Source of the DNA: Alphaproteobacteria bacterium
Lineage (GTDB): Bacteria; Pseudomonadota; Alphaproteobacteria; JBFXJJ01
Reading direction: 5' to 3'
Length of the DNA: 64,000 nt
Assembly (NCBI GenBank): GCA_050175015.1
Contig: JBFXJJ010000004.1
Location: 64,001-128,000 of the forward strand
The notes under the pieces were generated by a model. The model worked only from the letters and a program-made list of their open reading frames with translations, did not search any database and was not told where the DNA came from. This document shows, one piece after another, positions 10,471 to 20,405 of the stretch. Position 1 is the stretch's first letter, and the number at the start of each line of letters is the position of its first letter. Made by a program: the position numbers and the translations under genes.

Positions 10471-10637
10471 GGCACATCTCCTTTTACAAACCTGTTTTGC
10501 AAAAGACGTTTCTTAACCCATATTTTGAGTTGTTATTTTAAGAGTTTTGTCTTTTGCCTTAAAATGATTTCGGCATCAGAAATCTGATTTTTTAAATCTT
10601 TGCCGCAAGAAAAAAATCTCACAACGCAGATATCTTT

Positions 10638-10666
10638 TTTATACCACAAGACTTTTATACATTCAA
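10638..10666 (-). promoter_or_regulatory. Putative sigma70 promoter of the TM1266-hydG operon
   Basis: TTGAAT-17 nt-TATAAA with an extended -10 TG, on the minus strand. Confidence 0.55.
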
Positions 10667-10678
10667 TAGCGTTTAAGG

Positions 10679-13600
10679 CTAGTTCTCAGCTATCTCTGCT
10701 AATTTTTTCATAATTTTCTTTACAGCTAAAAGTCGTTCTTTAGCCGTTGGAAGTTCTCTCATATAAACAATCTTATGGTCTGGTTTTATTTTTAGAACTG
10801 AACCATATTTAGAAATAAAGTTGATTAAACCTTGTGGATTAGGAAAACGATTTTCAAATAATGTTACAACGGCTCCCTTATGCCCTACTTCTATACGCTC
10901 AACATTGGCGATAAGACAAAGCCTTTTTAAATCCATCACTTCAAACAGATTTAAGACCTCGTCAGGCAGTTTTCCAAAACGGTCTATCATTTCCACCATC
11001 AAACCTTCACTCTCCTGCTCGTCTTTTAAATCGGCGATACGGCGGTACAATCCCATTCTTATACCCAAGTCTTTAATATACTCTTCTGGAATTAAAACAG
11101 GCATACCAGTATTAATCTGAGGAGAGAAGCTTTTTTGCTCAATTTCCTCTTGAGCCTTCCCATAGTTAGCAATCGCCTCCTCTAGCATATGCTGGTAAAG
11201 AGCCACACCAACCTCCTTGATATGTCCCGACTGTTCATCTCCTAGAAGATTTCCTGCCCCCCTGATGTCCATATCATAGCTTGCTAGAGAAAAGCCTGAA
11301 CCAAGCGTATCTAACGTCTGCATTACTGAAAGCCTTTTTTCGGCGGTCTTGGTTATTTTCTTGTTCTCAGGAATGGTTAAATAAGCATATGCTCTTAACT
11401 TACTGCGCCCTACTCTTCCTCTTAACTGGTAAAGCTGCGACAAGCCAAACATATCTGACCTATGAACAATCATCGTATTAACAGACGGCATATCCAGACC
11501 TGATTCGATAATTGTTGTAGAAACCAAAACATCAGCTTCACCATCGGCAAAAGATGTCATAATGTCTTCAATATTTTTAGGTGTCATCTGCCCGTGAGCT
11601 ACCGCTATTTTTAATTCGGGAACAATATCGTTTAAAGTTTCAACCAAACCGTCAATATCAGCAACCCTTGGACACACACAAAAACTCTGTCCGCCGCGAT
11701 AACGCTCTCGCATCAACGCCTCTCTAATGATAACTCTGTCAAAAGGTGTTACAAAGGTTCTAACCGCCAGCCTGTCAACGGGAGGCGTACCGATAACCGA
11801 AAGCTCTCTAACTCCAGCCAAAGCCATTTGCAGTGTTCTTGGAATTGGCGTAGCGGTAAGGGTTAAAACGTGAATATCTGATTTAAGCTGTTTTAATCTC
11901 TCTTTATGCGCCACACCAAAATGTTGTTCTTCATCAACAATCAAAAGCCCAAGATTTTTAAAACCAACGGACTTTGCTAAAACAGCGTGAGTTCCAATAA
12001 CAATATCTACCGTTCCATCGGCAAGCTCTCTCCTGATAACTTCTGCTTGTTTTGATGTTACAAGTCTTGAAAGCTGGGATATTCTAATCGGAAAGCCATT
12101 AAACCGCTCAACAAAATTCTTATAATGCTGCCTCGCTAAAAGGGTTGTAGGAACCACAACGGCAACCTGTGTTCCAGACATTGCACCGACGAAAGCCGCC
12201 CTTAGTGCCACTTCGGTTTTACCGAAACCAACATCACCACAAACGAGCCTGTCCATAGGTCTTCCCGTCCCTAAATCACCAATAACATCATTAATAGCCG
12301 ACATTTGGTCATCAGTTTCCATATAAGGAAAACGGGCAACAAATTCATCATAAATACTTTCAGGCGGCAACATCGGATAAGCTTTTTTTAGCTGCCTTTC
12401 TGCGGCAATTCTAATCAATTCTGCCGCCATTTCCATAAGCTTCTTTTTAACTTTGGCTTTTCTAGACTGCCAAGCGACCCCGCCAAGCTTATCAAGTTGA
12501 ACAAAATCACCTTCTGAGCCATAGCGAGTTACAACATTGATATTTTCGATTGGAACAAAAAGTTTGTCCCCGCCAAGATACGAAATAGCCAAACAATCGT
12601 GCCTAGCTCCTCCGGCTTCAATCGCCACCAAACCTTCATAACGTCCAATACCGTGTTCCTCGTGGACAACATAATCGCCTTCATTTAGCGTTGAAATATC
12701 GTTAATAAAATCTTTGCCTCTCTTTTTCCTTTTAGCAGGACGAGCAAGCCTTTCACCTAAAATATCCTGTTCTGCAATTACCAGAACATCATCAAACTTA
12801 AAACCGTGTTCTAGCGGCAGTGTTGTAATAAACAGCCCCGATTTATGGTTTGTTTCGTTGAAATTATCGATATGCTCTATTTTAGAAAAGCCCTTTTCCT
12901 CTAATAGATTTGCCAATCTATCCTCAGAACCTTCACTAAAAGCACCCAAAATAACCTTGCCGCCAGCATCTATTTCCGCAAAAACATCAAGCCTTAATTT
13001 TTTATAAACATTAGCAGGATCGCCTTTTTCACTAGCATAATGATATGCTATCCTTCCGCCGGCATTAATAATCTCGCCTTCTTTTTCAGGAGTGTTAAAA
13101 GGCGAAAAACAAACCGCCGATTTTTTCTCTAAAATATTTTCCAACTCATCTTTTGTCAGCCACATCGTTTCGGGATTAACAGGCTTGTAAACAAAGCCTT
13201 TGCCTTTAATTTTGACCGCTTCAGAACGAGCTTGAAAATATTCCAAAATTTGGGAATACCTTTCTTCAACCGCGCTGTCTGTTAAATTATCAACCGTAAC
13301 TCTGGCGTTCGGCAAATAAGAAAATATCGTTTCTAAATTATCATAAAACAACGGCAGCCAATGTTCCATTCCTGCAAAATAACGACCAGATGAAATAGAG
13401 GTATAAAGCTCATCATTATCGGTAGCAACACCAAAGGTTTTGCGGTAGTTCATACGAAATCTTGAAATTGAAGCATTACTTAAAAAAACCTCTCTAACAG
13501 GTTTTAAAATAATGCTTTTTATTTTTGAAATTGTCCTCTGTGTAACGACATCAAACGTTTTTATTTCTTCAACCTCATCACCAAATAAATCAATGCGAAA

Positions 13601-14152
13601 CGGCTCTTCGGCTCCTGTTGGGAAAACGTCGATAATACCGCCGCGCTTTGCATAATCGCCATACTCCATAACCTGTTCAACAAGATTATAGCCATTTTCA
13701 GCCAAATAACCTGAAAGCTTTGAAACATCTAATGTCTTTCCTCTAGTAATATTAAAAACTGATGCTGCAAAAAAATTAGACGGCGGGACTTTCTGCAAAA
13801 CAGCATTAACTGTTGTGATGAGTAAAACAGGCTCATCTCCATTATTTTTAGCCAGCGCCGACAGGGCTTCAAGCCTTTTGGCTGTAATGTCAGATTTAGG
13901 AGAAACTCTGTCATAAGGAACGGTATCCCAAGCAGGAAACTCTAAAACCTTAACTTCAGGATAAAAAAAGGAAATAGCGTTAGCAATATATGCCATTCTA
14001 ACGTCATCAGAAGCGATATGAATCACAGACTGTTTTTTCTTAAGCATTTCGGCAATAAAGTAAGCATCTAAGCCTATTGGAGCTCCAGCCAGGATTATTT
14101 TCCTAGAACTTAAAGCCGCATCATTAAGTTGTTTAAGTATATTATTTAACAT
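10679..14152 (-). CDS. mfd: Transcription-repair coupling factor
   Basis: GDVGFGKT, DEEQHFG, QLRGRVGR, CarD-like RID and TRCF domains; 1157 aa. Confidence 0.98.
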   Translation of the reverse strand: MLNNILKQLNDAALSSRKIILAGAPIGLDAYFIAEMLKKKQSVIHIASDDVRMAYIANAISFFYPEVKVLEFPAWDTVPYDRVSPKSDITAKRLEALSALAKNNGDEPVLLITTVNAVLQKVPPSNFFAASVFNITRGKTLDVSKLSGYLAENGYNLVEQVMEYGDYAKRGGIIDVFPTGAEEPFRIDLFGDEVEEIKTFDVVTQRTISKIKSIILKPVREVFLSNASISRFRMNYRKTFGVATDNDELYTSISSGRYFAGMEHWLPLFYDNLETIFSYLPNARVTVDNLTDSAVEERYSQILEYFQARSEAVKIKGKGFVYKPVNPETMWLTKDELENILEKKSAVCFSPFNTPEKEGEIINAGGRIAYHYASEKGDPANVYKKLRLDVFAEIDAGGKVILGAFSEGSEDRLANLLEEKGFSKIEHIDNFNETNHKSGLFITTLPLEHGFKFDDVLVIAEQDILGERLARPAKRKKRGKDFINDISTLNEGDYVVHEEHGIGRYEGLVAIEAGGARHDCLAISYLGGDKLFVPIENINVVTRYGSEGDFVQLDKLGGVAWQSRKAKVKKKLMEMAAELIRIAAERQLKKAYPMLPPESIYDEFVARFPYMETDDQMSAINDVIGDLGTGRPMDRLVCGDVGFGKTEVALRAAFVGAMSGTQVAVVVPTTLLARQHYKNFVERFNGFPIRISQLSRLVTSKQAEVIRRELADGTVDIVIGTHAVLAKSVGFKNLGLLIVDEEQHFGVAHKERLKQLKSDIHVLTLTATPIPRTLQMALAGVRELSVIGTPPVDRLAVRTFVTPFDRVIIREALMRERYRGGQSFCVCPRVADIDGLVETLNDIVPELKIAVAHGQMTPKNIEDIMTSFADGEADVLVSTTIIESGLDMPSVNTMIVHRSDMFGLSQLYQLRGRVGRSKLRAYAYLTIPENKKITKTAEKRLSVMQTLDTLGSGFSLASYDMDIRGAGNLLGDEQSGHIKEVGVALYQHMLEEAIANYGKAQEEIEQKSFSPQINTGMPVLIPEEYIKDLGIRMGLYRRIADLKDEQESEGLMVEMIDRFGKLPDEVLNLFEVMDLKRLCLIANVERIEVGHKGAVVTLFENRFPNPQGLINFISKYGSVLKIKPDHKIVYMRELPTAKERLLAVKKIMKKLAEIAEN

Positions 14153-14274
14153 ATTGAATTATTTCGCTTTTTATATTAAAAATGACTTGGGGTGATTTTG
14201 ATAGTTAATTTTCCTGTTATTATGGTTATAATATTTTTTTCAATAAGGCAAATTATAATCTTTTAGAGCATTGT

Positions 14275-16356
14275 ATGAGACCAGAAATACTTTTTCCGCT
14301 TTTTGCAAAACTATCGAGCATTGATGGCATTGGAAGCCGAATTGAAAAGCTTCTAAACAAACTGCTTGGCGGCGATAAAATTGTCGACTTACTTTGGCAC
14401 CGCCCCTATGGCATTATTCACCGCAAAAAATGCCGCAGTATTTCGGAATTAACGCCTGAGAATTATGCAACATTCCCCGCCACAGTCTTTGTTCACAAAA
14501 AACCTAACAATCGCAAAAGTCCTTACAAAGTTATTCTTCAAGATGATACAGGTGAAGTAACTCTCGTTTTTTTTAAAGCTAAAAGCGATTATATAGAAAA
14601 ACTCCTGCCTATTGGCGAAACTCGCATAATAAGCGGTAAAATTGAAGCCTTTGGCGCTAGCCTGCAAATCACTCACCCTGACTATATGCTTCCTATAGCA
14701 AACGCCTCAGAAATTCCAGAATACGAACCAATTTATCATCTAACTGCTGGCATTTCTCAAAAAATGCTGTTTAAGATTATTCAAAAATCATTACAGAGAG
14801 TTCCTAACCTTGAAGAATGGCAGGATCTTAATCTTATAAAGCGTGAAAAATGGCTCAATTTTAAAGATTCTATTAAAAAACTGCATTCTCCCTCAAGTTA
14901 CTCTGACATCGAGGCCTCATCACCAGTTAGAAGACGGCTTGCCTATGATGAATTTCTAGCAACGCAGCTGGCTCTTGCCTTAGTGAGGGAAAAGAATAAA
15001 AACTTAAAAGGACGTAGCATAAAAGGCAGTGGCGAGCTCTGCCGCAAAGTGTCAAACAGTCTGCCTTTTGAACTTACCAACGCTCAAAAAAGAGTTCTTA
15101 AAGAAATCTTTGCCGATATGGCATTAAACAGCAGAATGCTCCGCCTGCTTCAAGGGGACGTTGGAAGCGGCAAAACGATTGTCGCTCTTTTTGCTATGAT
15201 GAATGCCATTGAAGCAGGTTTTCAAGCGGCTCTGATGGCTCCAACCGAAATTTTAGCCATTCAACACTACAACACCATTAAACCGCTCACAGACGCCGCA
15301 GGAATACGAATTGAGACTTTAACGGGTCGCAACAAAGGAAAATCCCGAGATGCCATTCTAGAAGACTTAAAAAATGGAAATATCGCTATTTTAATTGGAA
15401 CCCACGCTCTATTTCAAGATGATGTTGAGTTTAAAGACTTGAGTTTGGCAATTATTGATGAACAGCACCGTTTCGGCGTTCACCAGCGCCTAGCCCTAAC
15501 CAAAAAGGGCTACACTCCAGATGTCTTGCTTATGACCGCAACCCCCATTCCCAGAACACTCACGTTAACTTATTATGGGGATATGGATATTTCTAAAATT
15601 GATGAACTGCCGCCTCATAAAAAACCAATAAAAACCAGTGCTATTTCCTTAAATCGTATCTCTGATGTTATTGACGGCATCAACAGAACTATTATCGACG
15701 GCAGTCAAGTATATTGGGTCTGCCCGCTGGTCGAAGAATCAGAAAAATCTGATTTAGCTGCGGCGGAAATGCGTGCCGAATACTTAAAGAATATCTTAAA
15801 TATTGAAATTGGTCTTGTTCACGGTCAAATGAAACCGTCAATCAAAGACGAAGTTATGTCTCGCTTCAAAAACGGCGATTTAAAAATTCTAGTTGCAACA
15901 ACCGTAATTGAAGTTGGCGTAGATGTCCCTAATGCAACGGTTATGATTATTGAACACGCCGAACGCTTTGGATTGGCACAACTTCATCAATTACGAGGGA
16001 GGATAGGACGAGGCTCCAAAGAATCAAGCTGCATTTTGCTCTATTCTCAACCACTTTCTGATGTGGCTAAATCAAGACTTGATATAATGCGTCAAACAGA
16101 AGACGGCTTTAAAATTGCGGAAGAAGATTTAAGATTACGGGGAATCGGTGAAATCTTAGGATCCAAACAAAGCGGTATGCCTGATTTTAAAATTGCAGAT
16201 CTCAATTTTGATAATGACTTACTTCAAATTGCCCGCAAAGACGCCAGCCTTATAATAAACCAAGATCCAAAGCTGGAAACTCCAAGAGGGCAAGCGTTAA
16301 AAACACTTTTATATCTTTTTGAAAAAGATGCCAGCGTTATGACGATTAGAGCCTAG
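14275..16356 (+). CDS. recG: ATP-dependent DNA helicase RecG
   Basis: [25 protein letters not shown]; N-terminus [10 protein letters not shown]. Confidence 0.98.
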   Translation: MRPEILFPLFAKLSSIDGIGSRIEKLLNKLLGGDKIVDLLWHRPYGIIHRKKCRSISELTPENYATFPATVFVHKKPNNRKSPYKVILQDDTGEVTLVFFKAKSDYIEKLLPIGETRIISGKIEAFGASLQITHPDYMLPIANASEIPEYEPIYHLTAGISQKMLFKIIQKSLQRVPNLEEWQDLNLIKREKWLNFKDSIKKLHSPSSYSDIEASSPVRRRLAYDEFLATQLALALVREKNKNLKGRSIKGSGELCRKVSNSLPFELTNAQKRVLKEIFADMALNSRMLRLLQGDVGSGKTIVALFAMMNAIEAGFQAALMAPTEILAIQHYNTIKPLTDAAGIRIETLTGRNKGKSRDAILEDLKNGNIAILIGTHALFQDDVEFKDLSLAIIDEQHRFGVHQRLALTKKGYTPDVLLMTATPIPRTLTLTYYGDMDISKIDELPPHKKPIKTSAISLNRISDVIDGINRTIIDGSQVYWVCPLVEESEKSDLAAAEMRAEYLKNILNIEIGLVHGQMKPSIKDEVMSRFKNGDLKILVATTVIEVGVDVPNATVMIIEHAERFGLAQLHQLRGRIGRGSKESSCILLYSQPLSDVAKSRLDIMRQTEDGFKIAEEDLRLRGIGEILGSKQSGMPDFKIADLNFDNDLLQIARKDASLIINQDPKLETPRGQALKTLLYLFEKDASVMTIRA

Positions 16357-16542
16357 AACATATTTCATTTATGGTGTTTGGCAGTTAGTTGTATGCCATT
16401 GTTTTGCCTTACGGCAAAGCCTTAACAGGCAGGTTTTTACTTTTAGTAAAAGTAAAATCAAAACTTTTAATAAAAAAAGAATTTTAAGGTTCTTTACGGA
16501 TTTTTTCAAAAAATCCTTAATCTGCACTTTTGCTATACCAAA

Positions 16543-16576
16543 AAAATTGGGAGAAACGAACATTCCTCCCAATTTT
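16543..16576 (-). terminator. Intrinsic terminator of autotransporter 1
   Basis: aaaattggga...tcccaatttt stem just downstream of the stop codon. Confidence 0.65.
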
Positions 16577-16600
16577 AAAAGATTTCTTTTAATTAACTAA

Positions 16601-19192
16601 CTAAAAATCATATCTAACCTGCAATCTTCCTGTATGGCTGTCATAATCTTCTTTAATTTCAGCATCATAGTTTGCAGATAATGTCCAGTTAGACTTATTT
16701 ACAAAATCAACACCTAAACCAATCGTTGCCGAATCTCTTGGCAAAGAAACGCCTTCAGTCTTAAAGGCAGCTCCACCTGTCGCATAACGAGCGGTAACAT
16801 CAGTTTTTTCATCACCAAATTCGTGATTCCAGCCAAGTCTAAGCTCTGGTGTAAACGTACCCATTTCTGATTCTATCTTGTTGTTAATATTAACTCCAAG
16901 CCCTGTTCTTAAAGAATCTGTCTTACGGCTATCAACATTCAAAGCTGCTGTTCCGCCTGTTTCAGAATAAGAGTCTTGGTTAAGGTAACTATAATCAAGT
17001 TTGCCCCAAGGAGTTAAAACGAACTCACCAACTTTTTTAGGCATATTAGCACCTAAACTTGCAGAATATTGATTGCCGCCATAACTGCCTTCAAGATTTT
17101 GAGAAATACCTACAGCATTGACTACACGGTTAGAACTGTAGTCGTGGTAGGCATAGCCCAAAGAGCCATCTAAATTCCAACTCCCCATATTCTTTGAACC
17201 ATAAAGATTAAGACCATAAGAGTTTATGTCTGTTCCATTATACTGAGTATCACCATCGCCCGTAATATCAGAGCGGCCATAAGAAAAAGCTAAACCCAAA
17301 ATTAAGCCGTCAGAAACTTCTTGATCGCCACCAACTGCAAAACCATATGCCGTAGCATCATAGCCATCAACTCCGCCTCGCATATCCTGAGATGCAGCAA
17401 AACCGAAGAATTGACCCCAAGCACCTACGTTCTCTAACGCATCACCTGTTGCTATACCAGAACGAACAGCACTTGTTCTCGCATCAATTAAAGCGCCGAC
17501 TTGCCCGCTTACTGCCATCGTCTGCTCTACGGTTGAATTGTTTGCTTCAGGAGCTAACTGTGCGCCAGCAACCTTACGTTCGGTATCAGTAACACCTGCC
17601 CCTTTCAATTTGTTTTTAATGTCTGTTGGAGCGTTATCTGTAGCTTGAGCAAACCTTACATTAACACCTGAGGACACCAAATCTCTAACGATTGCAGTTA
17701 AAACAATCTGGTCTACAGTGCTTATATCCCAAACGACATCGCCTGAATCTTGAACAACTACCGTTCCTCCAGAGATGCCTTGATCCGTTGAAAGAGTATA
17801 TGTATCACCATCAACCGCCGTAACTCCAGAAAGAGTTGGAATAAGAGTTATTGTTTTTCCTGCTGCGACGATAATATCATCAAGAAGAACAAGCTTGCCG
17901 CCCGTTCCTGCTCCAGTAAAGTCGGTAATCGTAAAGCTGATACTAGAGTCATCTAGAACATTAATCCCTTGCCCCATTCCTGTTAAGGTTAATGAATTAT
18001 CATCTAATGCAAGCTTGCCTTTCTGATAAATGCCTCCATTTGAGTTAGAAGTTATAGAGGTATCATCGTTAATAGCAAAAATGGCATTATTTTCAATTAT
18101 CAAATCTCCAACCTTTAAGGTATCGCCTTCAAAAGTAACTGTTTTATTAAGACCTTCAACATACATTTCTGCAACAGATGAGGTGTTGTTCCCTGTAATA
18201 GTCGCATCATCATTAAATATGACCCGTGCTGACGTATCAGCACCATAGTTTAAATTGGCGATGGTCGCCTCATCATTAAATATAAAATCTCCAGAACCAG
18301 AATAAGCAAGTCCATCGGCTGTTACTTCACCATTAAAAGTAACTTGCTTACCATTAGCCGCACCAGCAATTTTAACAGTGCCTCCATTACCAATATCACC
18401 TGTAACCGTAGAAGATCCGTTAAACTGCAATATTCCTAAAGCGCCACCTGTTTCATTAATATCACCAGTAATATCAACCCCATCAGAAAAAATAGCTATG
18501 GTATCGGCTTCTTGAATTTGCAGTTCTTCGGCGTTGATATCACCATCAAAACGAACCGCACTTAGAAACCCACCATTCACACCAATTAAACCAACGGCTT
18601 GACCAGCACCAATCGTGCCATTAATCATAGTGTTTTTTAAGGTTAAATCTCCCGCCGCTCCTCCTGTTGAATTTATGTTTCCATAAACATTAGAATCACC
18701 AGTCGCAGTACCATCAATCGAAATTGTTCCATCACTGCTGATAAGTTGAATTTCTGTTGCCACAAGGTTACCCCCTGTGAAGCTAAAAGTCTTGTTCTCT
18801 GCCCCAGCTTCTATTTTGGCTAAACCATATCCATCAGCAACCCCTGAAACATTGCCAGATAAGGTAGATGTTCCCGCAAAAATCAGTTTATGGACATTAT
18901 CATCATATACAAAAACTTGGCCTCCAATATTAACACCATCTGCAATTGTTGCTGTTCCAGCATTACCATTTGAAGACATATCCCTAATTCTAAGTCCTTG
19001 AGCCAAAGAATTCCCAACAACTGTAGCATTATTAAGGTTATTAGAAGTTGTTTGACTAGTGAAAGTAGCACTAAAATCAGCATCATTTGTATTGGAAAAA
19101 ACAATTCCATCAGCTACCGCCTCTGCTTTATGAGACGCCAAGGCACAAGCTAAGAAGGAAACACCTAAGAGCAATTTATTTTGGGAAAACAT
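16601..19192 (-). CDS. Type Va autotransporter (Gly/Asn/Thr-rich passenger, C-terminal beta-barrel)
   Basis: Signal peptide; repetitive beta-rich passenger; WGQFFG barrel start; ends VRYDF. Confidence 0.93.
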   Translation of the reverse strand: MFSQNKLLLGVSFLACALASHKAEAVADGIVFSNTNDADFSATFTSQTTSNNLNNATVVGNSLAQGLRIRDMSSNGNAGTATIADGVNIGGQVFVYDDNVHKLIFAGTSTLSGNVSGVADGYGLAKIEAGAENKTFSFTGGNLVATEIQLISSDGTISIDGTATGDSNVYGNINSTGGAAGDLTLKNTMINGTIGAGQAVGLIGVNGGFLSAVRFDGDINAEELQIQEADTIAIFSDGVDITGDINETGGALGILQFNGSSTVTGDIGNGGTVKIAGAANGKQVTFNGEVTADGLAYSGSGDFIFNDEATIANLNYGADTSARVIFNDDATITGNNTSSVAEMYVEGLNKTVTFEGDTLKVGDLIIENNAIFAINDDTSITSNSNGGIYQKGKLALDDNSLTLTGMGQGINVLDDSSISFTITDFTGAGTGGKLVLLDDIIVAAGKTITLIPTLSGVTAVDGDTYTLSTDQGISGGTVVVQDSGDVVWDISTVDQIVLTAIVRDLVSSGVNVRFAQATDNAPTDIKNKLKGAGVTDTERKVAGAQLAPEANNSTVEQTMAVSGQVGALIDARTSAVRSGIATGDALENVGAWGQFFGFAASQDMRGGVDGYDATAYGFAVGGDQEVSDGLILGLAFSYGRSDITGDGDTQYNGTDINSYGLNLYGSKNMGSWNLDGSLGYAYHDYSSNRVVNAVGISQNLEGSYGGNQYSASLGANMPKKVGEFVLTPWGKLDYSYLNQDSYSETGGTAALNVDSRKTDSLRTGLGVNINNKIESEMGTFTPELRLGWNHEFGDEKTDVTARYATGGAAFKTEGVSLPRDSATIGLGVDFVNKSNWTLSANYDAEIKEDYDSHTGRLQVRYDF

Positions 19193-19299
19193 TTTTTAAA
19201 AAAAACCTAACAAAAAGGGTTAACGCAATATTTAGTTGTATATATCACTTATTGATAAAACCTGCAATAATGATTTAGTTTTTATCGTGAAATATTGTT

Positions 19300-20355
19300 T
19301 TAGGCGGCTTCTTTATCTGATGGCCAAGCGTTAATAATGGATTGAACTAACGTTGCTAAAGGAATAGCAAAAAAGACCCCCCAAAAGCCCCAGAAGCTTC
19401 CAAATATCAAGATGGCTACAACTATCGCTATCGGGTGTATTTTTACAACTTCACTAAAAAGAATGGTAACAAGGATATTACCATCTATGGCCTGTATAAC
19501 CCAATAAGCTATAATCGCATTTAAGCATTCTTGAGTCAGACCAAACTGAAAAAAGGCGACTCCCGCAACAGGAAAAGTAACCACTGCGGCTCCAATGTAT
19601 GGAATAACAACAGAAAAAGCAGTGGAAACACCTAAAAGAGCAGAATAATTAAGACCTAGAAATCTAAACGTAATATATGAAGCAAAACCAACAACAATAA
19701 TTTCCCAAACCTTGCCTCTTATATAACTTGAAAATTGAACATTAGCATCTAACCATATCTTAGTAATAAGACCTCTTTCCTCAGGCAAGAACCTTGAAAA
19801 CCAAGCAAAGATAGCTTCTTTATCTTTTAAAAAGAAAAAAACCATTAAAGGCACCAAGACTAAATAAACCACATAAGTTCCCAGTGCCAGAATAGAATTC
19901 AAAGAAAACGTCACTATACGTTGTCCGAATTTAGCCGCATCAGAACCTAAACTTGTCATTAAATCACGGATTTGCCTTTTTTCAATAAACTGCGGATATT
20001 TAGCCGGAAGCCCCAACAAATACTCCTGAACTTTATTAAACATATTTGGCATTTGCTGGATAAACTGCCCAACCTGATCAAAAACAACAGGAGCAAGAAC
20101 AAAAAACGACACAACTAAAACAGCAAAGAAGCTGGCAAAAACAATCCAAACGCAAAGCAGTTTAGGGAGCTTTAGTTTTCTTAATCTTGTAACCCCGCTA
20201 TCTAAAACATAAGCAATAATTACAGCCGCAATAACAGGAGCCAAAGTCCTTGCCATAAAGACCGCTGCCACTAAACCAAATGAGACTGTCAGCAACAGAT
20301 ATACAATCTGTGGATTTGATAAATTTCTGTTAAGCCACTTGATAACGGGATTCAT
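19300..20355 (-). CDS. AI-2E family transporter (PerM-like)
   Basis: Multiple TM helices; IPYIG, QAIDGNIL and GFWGVFFAIPL motifs. Confidence 0.9.
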   Translation of the reverse strand: MNPVIKWLNRNLSNPQIVYLLLTVSFGLVAAVFMARTLAPVIAAVIIAYVLDSGVTRLRKLKLPKLLCVWIVFASFFAVLVVSFFVLAPVVFDQVGQFIQQMPNMFNKVQEYLLGLPAKYPQFIEKRQIRDLMTSLGSDAAKFGQRIVTFSLNSILALGTYVVYLVLVPLMVFFFLKDKEAIFAWFSRFLPEERGLITKIWLDANVQFSSYIRGKVWEIIVVGFASYITFRFLGLNYSALLGVSTAFSVVIPYIGAAVVTFPVAGVAFFQFGLTQECLNAIIAYWVIQAIDGNILVTILFSEVVKIHPIAIVVAILIFGSFWGFWGVFFAIPLATLVQSIINAWPSDKEAA

Positions 20356-20405
20356 TTTTTGAAACCTTAATAAAATATGGGATTATAATTTTTGAGTGTA
20401 TATAT

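Noticed and set aside
16369-16572. Small hairpins (tttgcc-ttac-ggcaaa, gcct-taac-aggc) and a 67-aa ORF after recG
   Set aside because: The stems are short and the ORF overlaps a terminator; support for a gene or ncRNA is insufficient.
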